Origin: Candidatus Omnitrophota bacterium
Lineage (GTDB): Bacteria > Hinthialibacterota > Hinthialibacteria > Hinthialibacterales > Hinthialibacteraceae
Direction: 5' to 3'
NCBI GenBank assembly: GCA_016934335.1
Contig: JAFGTC010000035.1
Location: 208 to 64,207 of the forward strand
Length of the DNA stretch: 64,000 bases
Position numbers and translations under genes: made by a program. Under the pieces are notes generated by a model that worked only from the letters and a program-made list of their open reading frames with translations, ran no database searches and was not told the DNA's origin. Positions 57,242 through 64,000 of the stretch are shown piece after piece; positions within the stretch are counted from its first letter, which is position 1; each line of letters starts with the position of its first letter.

Positions 57242-58987
57242 TCAAAACATAAGCCACCTTGGCACAGCCGTATCGACGTTTTCTCCCCCAACCTTCCGGC
57301 TTTCTATCAACTCTCCGTTCACAAATACATTCAAATCATAGGTTTGCAGCCAAAAATCCGCATCGGAAATAGCGGCCACTATTTTCCTGAATGACGTGAT
57401 CACTTGATCCTGAGGATCGCTTGGATTTTCTACATCGACATAAATATTGATCTGATTATCTATACTTTCGACAGTATTATTAGAAAAATCATAGCCCGGC
57501 GTTGGAAATTCGCCGACCAGATAGACATTCGCGCTCGAATCACCCGCCGAAGGAATATCGACCTGAACATCAATCCAATTCCATGGATAAGCCGCCGGAG
57601 CGTCGACCAACGCGCCTCCAAGGGGAAGAGTCTCCAACGCAATTCCGTTTACAACGGCTGTCGCGTAATAGGTTCGCTCCCAAAGATCGGGAATCTCTAC
57701 GCTTCCGATCCATTCACTATAAGGCGAAACCACAGCCGGCTGCGGATCGGCGGGCTCTTCAACCGTCACGGAAACCGTGATCTGATCATCCTTTTTCTCG
57801 ACCGTTTTTTCGGTGAAAACGTATCCCGGCGAGGGAAATTCGCCGACCAGCATAAATCCCGTCTCCATGGATCCGCCATATGGGATTTCGAAGCGCAATT
57901 CCGCCCGGAACGGTAGACCTTCGCTCGGAACTAAAACCTCGCCTCGCACATGAAATTTGCTTTCCAACACAATTTGATCGTCGATTTGAAACAGAACGAC
58001 ATAATTTCCCGGATCAAGATCGGAAAATTCGTAGATCTTTTCGATGGGAACAATAACATCCTCTCCTATTTCATTATCGATAACAGTCCATCGGATCGCG
58101 ATGATATCGCCTTCCTGAACAATTTCCTCCTTGACGATTTCATAGGCTGTGCTGGAAAAAGCGCCCGCTACGGAAGCCTTTACTGTTTCTCCCACATTGA
58201 TTTCAAATGGATCAATGAATAATCTGGCGTCATGGAAGGGCCCTGAATCCGGCTGAGGTTCGGGAATCGGTTGAATAATATCGACTTTTGAATCCAATAC
58301 TTGGATCGAGTAGTCTCTTCTCAAAGCGCTGTTGACTTCCAGCGCCACATCGTACATTCCATCGTCAAGATCTATTTTGCCTATGGTTTCTTCAAAAGGA
58401 ACAATCACCGTAAGTTCTGGATTCTCCGGCCATTCGAAAATGACGCTGACTAAAATCCGGTTGTTTTCCAAAACAATATTGGAATCCAAAATCGAGTAGC
58501 CTGTGCTCGGATATTCCCCTTTTATTTTCACCCCAAAGGCGCTTCCCGCTTCCTCAGGAATGAATTGAACATCGACGGGAAACTTTGGGAGGCTATTATC
58601 GACAAGCAAAAATAATTTGTGTATGTCTGCTCCATTTTCCTTGAATATTACGTAATATTCTCCTTCGGGAAGAGGATCCAGTTTGATTGAAAAAAATGTA
58701 TTTTGCTCTTCGGGCGGAACAAAATCTCCGGGGATAAAACGCAGATTCACTTCCAAAACATTTTCTTGGATCCACGAATAGTCAATAATTTCAACTTCTT
58801 GAATCGGTGGAGACGGCAAAAGGCGCCCTTCAATGACAATAACATCGCGGGATGTCGGTTGATCCGGCTGAACGCTCAATCGGATTGGAAAAAGGTTATC
58901 GTCCGCTCCGAAATCCTCTCCAAAACCGATAGAACTCGTGAAACATAAAACAATGAAAACAAACAAGCCGCCGCTGCAAATTCGCAT
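57242..58987 (-). CDS. 581-aa secreted protein made of about five copies of an unrecognised ~100-aa repeat
   Basis: Signal peptide. Repeat anchors GEYPSTGYSILDSN, GAFSSTAYEIVKEE, GEFPSPGYVFTEKT and GEFPTPGYDFSNNT, plus a degenerate N-terminal copy. Each is followed by a ...I.V.V...P..P... strand pattern. Confidence 0.5.
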   Translation of the reverse strand: MRICSGGLFVFIVLCFTSSIGFGEDFGADDNLFPIRLSVQPDQPTSRDVIVIEGRLLPSPPIQEVEIIDYSWIQENVLEVNLRFIPGDFVPPEEQNTFFSIKLDPLPEGEYYVIFKENGADIHKLFLLVDNSLPKFPVDVQFIPEEAGSAFGVKIKGEYPSTGYSILDSNIVLENNRILVSVIFEWPENPELTVIVPFEETIGKIDLDDGMYDVALEVNSALRRDYSIQVLDSKVDIIQPIPEPQPDSGPFHDARLFIDPFEINVGETVKASVAGAFSSTAYEIVKEEIVQEGDIIAIRWTVIDNEIGEDVIVPIEKIYEFSDLDPGNYVVLFQIDDQIVLESKFHVRGEVLVPSEGLPFRAELRFEIPYGGSMETGFMLVGEFPSPGYVFTEKTVEKKDDQITVSVTVEEPADPQPAVVSPYSEWIGSVEIPDLWERTYYATAVVNGIALETLPLGGALVDAPAAYPWNWIDVQVDIPSAGDSSANVYLVGEFPTPGYDFSNNTVESIDNQINIYVDVENPSDPQDQVITSFRKIVAAISDADFWLQTYDLNVFVNGELIESRKVGGENVDTAVPRWLMF

Positions 58988-59474
58988 TACGATAATCCTC
59001 CTCGATCTATATATCTCAAAAAACCCGCTTCCACAAAAAAAACCACTTCCAATTTGCTTTATCTAATATCGGGAAAAATCTTTCAAATTTTTTAGATAGT
59101 TCCATTGATAGACATAAGTGGATCATAACGGACTTTCCCTGTCACACTACAGGGCATACCGGTTCGCACCATGGCGGTTCAGGAGAGTTAAGCGTTAGCA
59201 GATGCCTGAATCCGTGAATGAAGAAGTTAAAAAATGTATAGACGGCTTACATAGTAAAAAAATGAAGGCTGCGATGTTGCTTTAGTATGCGACGGATAAT
59301 TTGGATCAGTTTTTATCCCGCTTGCCAACCTTTTTGACTGGCCTATTTTCTCATAATCGCTCTCTAGTCCGTAGTTTTGAACAGACTGACAGCGCCGAAC
59401 CAGTTAACGCCTTCCTGGCATCAATGTAAATCGATGATCCTAATTGAGTAGGCCGGGGAAATTCCCCAATTAAT

Positions 59475-61193
59475 TCATTCCTGGATTTTCTTGTTATTGA
59501 TTCCGTCAGGAAAAGCGATCAGTTCGATGCCGTCTCCTCGGTTGAGATTTCTGGAATATTGCTTGTCCGTTGAATTGTTCCAATGTTCATGGACGCCGAG
59601 GCTGGCCAGTTTTACGCCGTCCTTCTCCGGATCGTAAATCGCGCCGGAGGGCGGATTGTCGGCCAGAGCGCATTCATGCAGAAAACTATCCACGCTCCCG
59701 TTGAAGCAGCGATTATTCTTAACAAGGTTGGGTTCGCTGCAGACGAAGTCGTATCCCACGGAATCGAGAGCGATGGGATCCTGGGACATCAAAAGGCTGG
59801 AGAACCAGTTATTGTTCATCGTCGACCAGCGAACGATGTCGCCGGTTTGAGTGTGCGACGTGTAAAGTCCGTCGAGCAGATACAAAAAGGTTTTGTCGTT
59901 TATCACTTTATGGCCGAGCAGAGAAGGATGGCAGTGCGAATCGCCATGCTTGTTGGGGCTTGCGTTATTCACTACGGCGAAATCGTGCAGGGCGACAGGC
60001 GTGTAAGCCTTTCCATCGAAAACAGAGCCAAAATGATTTTTTCCAATCATCGTGACGCCGAAGATGCTGTGCGGGCGAAACAGAGCGGCGTTGATCATGT
60101 AAGACGCCCGGGTGAACACTTTGGGAAAGTAGAGGGTTTGTTTTGAGCCGCCGGGCATATCGAAGTAGATCGGGCAGTTCATATCCGGCTCGGCGTAAAT
60201 ATACTGCGGCTTGTCCAGTTTGGATTTCCCGGCGAAAACGACTTGTTGGAAATCCTCTTGGGGATTGGAGCGGATTTTATCGTAGATCGGATCGCCGATA
60301 TGACGCGACGGATCGGTGAGAATAATATCCTCTCCCGGAACGCCGGCCTGCTCGATCAATTGCTTGACCAATGTATAAACCACTTGGGTGCTGGCGTGCC
60401 CTTTTTTCTCGCCGCGTTTTGAAGGATCGCCGTCCGTGTTGCAATTGAGTTTGACGGTGATGACTTCGCCTTTTTGATAGCCGCGGTCTTCCCCGCCCTG
60501 CGTTTTGTTGTGATGACGGAAGAGGGCTTCCCAGGCTTCCGCGTCCGTGTTTTCGCCGGTAAGCGATTGGAGGGATTGGGAGAACATGGCGTCGACGGTT
60601 TGTTGATCGGTGTTATCGTCATCCCACCAGAGACCGTCTTTTTCATTCCAGCGGGCGGCATCGAAGTCCTGCACCCATACCACGCGGCCGGGATGAATTC
60701 CCCGGGCTTCGCCCATAGGTTGATTGACGCCTTCGGGAGGGGTTAAAACCAAAGCCGCCGGCTCCGCCTGGAGCGAATCGGTGACGACAGCGGCAATTCC
60801 TCCAAATGCGACGCTTAGAAGAAGGAAGGCGACGACCATGGATTTGGAGTAATTTTTGCGGATGTTTCGGATCAAAGAGAAAGAGCCCAAAAAGACGATT
60901 GCATAAGCCAGAAAACTGCTCCCGATTCCAAGCGCAACCCGCTGGCAGGGATAGACGGCCCGGCTTGGTTTGGGGATTACGCGGATGAGAAACCAGAGTA
61001 CGGCCGCAAGGCTGATGACGGGAAAAAACAGCCGGCTTAGTTTGGAGTCGCATCGCAATCCGACAATTTTTCCCGTTCTGGGGCAGCGTTTGGTGAAACG
61101 ATCGATAATGAATGACAACTTCATGGGAGACGATTTGATTGTTGAACGCATGACGCCCGCTCCTTCATTGATTCGAAATGGTATTTGCTCCAT
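59475..61193 (-). CDS. Membrane-anchored DUF362-like protein
   Basis: Two N-terminal TM helices. GEVITVKLNCN...STQVVYTLVKQLIEQAGVPGEDIILTD and SQDPIALDSVGYDFV parallel the blocks in 2745-4544. Tentative. Confidence 0.45.
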   Translation of the reverse strand: MEQIPFRINEGAGVMRSTIKSSPMKLSFIIDRFTKRCPRTGKIVGLRCDSKLSRLFFPVISLAAVLWFLIRVIPKPSRAVYPCQRVALGIGSSFLAYAIVFLGSFSLIRNIRKNYSKSMVVAFLLLSVAFGGIAAVVTDSLQAEPAALVLTPPEGVNQPMGEARGIHPGRVVWVQDFDAARWNEKDGLWWDDDNTDQQTVDAMFSQSLQSLTGENTDAEAWEALFRHHNKTQGGEDRGYQKGEVITVKLNCNTDGDPSKRGEKKGHASTQVVYTLVKQLIEQAGVPGEDIILTDPSRHIGDPIYDKIRSNPQEDFQQVVFAGKSKLDKPQYIYAEPDMNCPIYFDMPGGSKQTLYFPKVFTRASYMINAALFRPHSIFGVTMIGKNHFGSVFDGKAYTPVALHDFAVVNNASPNKHGDSHCHPSLLGHKVINDKTFLYLLDGLYTSHTQTGDIVRWSTMNNNWFSSLLMSQDPIALDSVGYDFVCSEPNLVKNNRCFNGSVDSFLHECALADNPPSGAIYDPEKDGVKLASLGVHEHWNNSTDKQYSRNLNRGDGIELIAFPDGINNKKIQE

Positions 61194-61383
61194 TTACCAT
61201 TATCAACAAAGGCTGCGCCTATGCAAGCGGGATCCGATTGAATCTTCTTCATGACCGCCCGCCTTGCTCCCGCAAAAATCGCTGAGAATTGTGAAATTGT
61301 GATAAAATTGTGAAATTGAAGCATATATTTTTTTCTTCCATGCAACGCTGCATCAATCGCCGAAAGAAAAACGAGAGAAGATC

Positions 61384-63057
61384 ATGAACAGAAAATGCAT
61401 CCTTTTATCCTTGGCCTTTACCTGGATCATTTCGATGGATCCGTCTTTTGCGCAAACCATCGATGCGGATAACGATTTTATGTTCATCCATCATTCATGC
61501 GGGCAGAATTTATTGGACGGCGGTCTGCGGGAGGCATTGATCGGGAAAGAATTCATCGATGAAGTCAACGATATTTATTACGGCGATATGCTTTCTCCCG
61601 ATCCGGGGCGTCCTGCTTCATTGGGTGATGTTCCCGGGGATAACACCAACATGAATCACTGGATCTTTTGGTTCAATGATTACTATGCAGGAATTCGGCG
61701 CTTTGACGGCGAGGACGGCGTTAATTCCATCATCATGTTTAAAAGCTGCTTTCCCATCAGCGATATCTATGAAGATGGATCGCCGCCCGGGGATCCGTTT
61801 GACGAGAATCAAACGCTTGCCAATTATCAAAGCGTCTACCGAAAGTACGGCGATCCGAATGGGCATTATACGTACGACGGGAGCACGTACCGACCGTTAG
61901 AGCAGATATTCAGGGCTCATCCGGAGACGCTGTTTGTGGCGTGCACGTCGCCGCCTCTTCATTATTCTCCTTATGACGCCACAAGCGACGAAAATGCGGC
62001 CCGGGCGAGACGCTTCGCCGACTGGTTGAAAAATGAATGGCTGCCTGCTTATAACGCCGGCAATCCGGGGATGAACAACGTCGCCGTCTTCGATTGGTTC
62101 GACATACTGGCCTATCCCGACGATCATCCTCTCCATCCCAATCGGCTGCGGCAGGAATACGGCGGCGACGGCGGCGATTCGCATCCCAATGACGCCGCGA
62201 ATCGAGAAACGGCGCAGATTTACTCCGCGTTCATTACGGAAGCCTATCAACTGTGGCAATCGGGAGACGTCGCCCTGCCGACGCATACTCCAACGCATCC
62301 CTCGACGCCGATTTCTACTCCGACGCCGACGCCTGCGTCGACTCCCACAGCCACGCCGGCCCCGACGCCGACCCCGACTCCATTCGACATCGAACCGGGC
62401 ATGTTGATATTGCAAAAAGGCGTCCATCCAAGCGAAGTCTTCGAGGGGGCGTGGGATGCCGTCATAACCGATTTATGGGCGAGCAATGCGCAGTTAGGCG
62501 GGTGGGATGAATTGTCGACTTATCGCGACGATCAGGAGCGCCACCGTATCTTGATTCGATTCGACCTGGGATCGATCCCGCCGGATCAAGTCATTGAAAG
62601 CGCTTATTTATCGCTCTATCATCTGGGCAGCGAAGGCGATAATGATGCGCAGCAGATCGCCATCCATCGGATGACATCGGCATGGGCGGAAGGGAGCGGC
62701 GACAATCCATGGCCCTTGGAAGGATATGCTCCCGATGGAGCGACCTGGAGTCATGCGGCGCCCGGCATTCCCTGGACGACGCCGGGCGGCGATTTTGAAC
62801 TGGAGCCGATTGGCGAAACGCTCATTCCACCCTTCGAAAACGCCGATTGGCTGTCGATCGAGATTACGGATTATGTGAAGGAATGCGTCGAAAACAATGC
62901 GCCTAACTATGGCGTCATGATTCGCGCTACAGAGGGCGAATGGTACGGCCATCGTTTCGCCAGCAGCGATTACGAGACGGCTGAGTTGCGACCTCGTTTG
63001 ACGATCGCCATTGCACAGGAGTCGCCAGTCGACATACGGGACTGGATCCTATATTAG
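61384..63057 (+). CDS. Secreted two-domain protein: SGNH-like N-terminal domain, Pro/Thr linker, C-terminal DNRLRE-type domain
   Basis: Signal peptide. FIHHSCGQN / GDSHPNDAANRE, SGNH-like and tentative. Linker PTHTPTHPSTPISTPTPTPASTPTATPAPTPTPTP. C-terminus HRILIRFDLGSIPPDQVIESAYLSLY...IHRMTSAWAEG is typical of DNRLRE domains. Confidence 0.5.
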   Translation: MNRKCILLSLAFTWIISMDPSFAQTIDADNDFMFIHHSCGQNLLDGGLREALIGKEFIDEVNDIYYGDMLSPDPGRPASLGDVPGDNTNMNHWIFWFNDYYAGIRRFDGEDGVNSIIMFKSCFPISDIYEDGSPPGDPFDENQTLANYQSVYRKYGDPNGHYTYDGSTYRPLEQIFRAHPETLFVACTSPPLHYSPYDATSDENAARARRFADWLKNEWLPAYNAGNPGMNNVAVFDWFDILAYPDDHPLHPNRLRQEYGGDGGDSHPNDAANRETAQIYSAFITEAYQLWQSGDVALPTHTPTHPSTPISTPTPTPASTPTATPAPTPTPTPFDIEPGMLILQKGVHPSEVFEGAWDAVITDLWASNAQLGGWDELSTYRDDQERHRILIRFDLGSIPPDQVIESAYLSLYHLGSEGDNDAQQIAIHRMTSAWAEGSGDNPWPLEGYAPDGATWSHAAPGIPWTTPGGDFELEPIGETLIPPFENADWLSIEITDYVKECVENNAPNYGVMIRATEGEWYGHRFASSDYETAELRPRLTIAIAQESPVDIRDWILY

Positions 63058-63102
63058 AGACGCTTGGATTCTTGCTCAGAACGATTGAAAGGATGATTGA
63101 AA

Positions 63103-64000
63103 TTGAGGGAATTTCTTTTTATCAAAAAAACGGCTTGGATGATCGGCGCTCTGGCATGGTTTGCCGCTTCTGCTGCCCCGGCGCCGAACAGCGCGGATGC
63201 GATTCTTCGAAACAGACTCAATACGCCGCTTTTACGCGTGGATGGAACGATGACGGGAGAAGGCCTTTGTTGGCACGCCGCTTACGATATGGGCCGCTTT
63301 ATGGAGGGGTATAAGAAAACGCGGGACGCCGATTTTCTCGACGCTGCGGTTCAATATTACGATGCGCTCATCGAAAAAATGCATCGATCCCCCGACGGTT
63401 ATGAAGGCTGGGTGGGTCCGTATATTTACGATGAAGATTACATCTGCGACGTCCACATCGGCGATGCGATTCTGATCACTCCCATGCTGGAGTTTTGTGA
63501 AATCGTTCTGAAGCGCGAAGACGACGGCATCATTCATAAATATCAAAACAAAGCACAGCAGTATTTGAATTTGGCCAAGAAGCATTTAATCGAAAAATGG
63601 GATCAACGCGGAACCTGGCATGAAGACGGCCCCTACGGCGCCTATGCGTCCTGGGATCAATACATGACGCAGGATAATCTGGATCAATGGCGCAAACTGC
63701 CGGCGATCAAATCCAACCTGACGCTTCCGTTCAACAAACAAAATTCCATGGCGATCGCCTGTCTGAGAATTTTCCGCATAACCGGCGAAGAGGCGTATCG
63801 CGAAAAAGCCCTGAAGATATTCAATTTCATGAAAAGCCGCATGTGCCTTTTCCACGATCATTACGTCTGGAACTATTGGGAGCCGTTTGGCGCATGGGAC
63901 ATCGAAGACGCATCCAAAAACCGTCTGCGCCATTGGGTCAATGTTCATCCCTACAGAAATTATCAATCCGGTGAAATTTATGAAATAGCAGAGGCCTATC
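63103..64000 (+). CDS. 5' part of a secreted hypothetical protein (alpha-helical, possibly alpha/alpha-toroid glycan-active enzyme); 3' end lies outside the window
   Basis: I translated frame 1 from TTG 63103 (alternative ATG 63139) to base 64000 and found no stop. The product begins ...KKTAWMIGALAWFAASAAPAPNS (signal peptide) and continues ...EGLCWHAAYDMGRFMEGYKKTRDADFLDAAVQYYDALIEKM... It is absent from the ORF track because it has no stop codon in the window. Confidence 0.5.
   Translation, partial: MREFLFIKKTAWMIGALAWFAASAAPAPNSADAILRNRLNTPLLRVDGTMTGEGLCWHAAYDMGRFMEGYKKTRDADFLDAAVQYYDALIEKMHRSPDGYEGWVGPYIYDEDYICDVHIGDAILITPMLEFCEIVLKREDDGIIHKYQNKAQQYLNLAKKHLIEKWDQRGTWHEDGPYGAYASWDQYMTQDNLDQWRKLPAIKSNLTLPFNKQNSMAIACLRIFRITGEEAYREKALKIFNFMKSRMCLFHDHYVWNYWEPFGAWDIEDASKNRLRHWVNVHPYRNYQSGEIYEIAEAY

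Noticed and set aside
59141-59230. A short stretch whose translations (..GLSLSHYRAYRFAPWRFRRVKR* and ..NSPEPPWCEPVCPVV*) vaguely reminded me of fragments seen next to mobile elements or retroelements.
   Set aside because: I cannot name the family. There is no RT, transposase or integrase ORF, and no inverted or direct repeats delimit an element. It is kept only as part of the long-leader observation.
62270-62395. Repetitive ACNCCN/GACGCC DNA, considered as a possible tandem repeat or array.
   Set aside because: It is in frame within the 557-aa ORF and simply encodes the Pro/Thr linker (PTHTPTHPSTPISTPTPTPASTPTATPAPTPTPTP). There is no spacer-repeat organisation.
63072-63966. Track ORFs 63072-63314(+), 63232-63585(-) and 63586-63966(-).
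   Set aside because: A single plus-strand frame is open from 63103 to the window end and encodes a signal peptide and a plausible globular sequence. The listed ORFs are overlapping alternatives or shadows of it.

Overview
This is a 64-kb chromosomal fragment of mixed composition, mostly about 50-60% GC by eye with several clearly AT-rich patches. It appears to come from a glycan-degrading Gram-negative bacterium.

The gene content resembles PVC-group or related candidate phyla: three Tat-signal Gfo/Idh/MocA oxidoreductases, two Cys-type sulfatases, a GH33-like sialidase, a PL11-like rhamnogalacturonan lyase with rhaM, a heparinase II/III-like lyase, beta-helix and DUF362-like proteins, and four dispersed GspG-like prepilin paralogs. 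No taxonomy can be assigned without a database search.

I call about 48 CDS and one tRNA-Asn(GUU). I saw no rRNA, CRISPR array, transposase, integrase or known defence system.
- Housekeeping genes: lysS, holB, and a gltD-like fragment at the 5' edge.
- Transport genes: a TolC/MacA/MacB-like four-gene operon, an Rbs-like sugar ABC operon, two MFS carriers, and an HlyD plus ABC-ATPase pair with no permease.

The observations most worth a second look are:
1. An 11-kb locus (52.5-63.1 kb) where GspG-like pseudopilin genes flank very large secreted repeat proteins. Three of those proteins share a short C-terminal tail, W-x-[LM]-[YF]-stop, which may be an unnamed sorting signal.
2. Two near-identical arrays of UAG-N4 heptads, each sitting on the stop codon at one of two consecutive gene junctions (47.3 and 48.5 kb).
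3. A tandem pair of paralogous hairpin/terminator units (sRNA-like) in a 593-bp gap at 43.3-43.9 kb.
4. Unusual architectures: a roughly 128-aa insert in an RbsC-type permease, an LTXXQ-like tail on a MacA-type adaptor, an HTH-EIIA fusion, and a degenerate stand-alone receiver.

All family assignments come from reading motifs in the supplied translations. No search was run.
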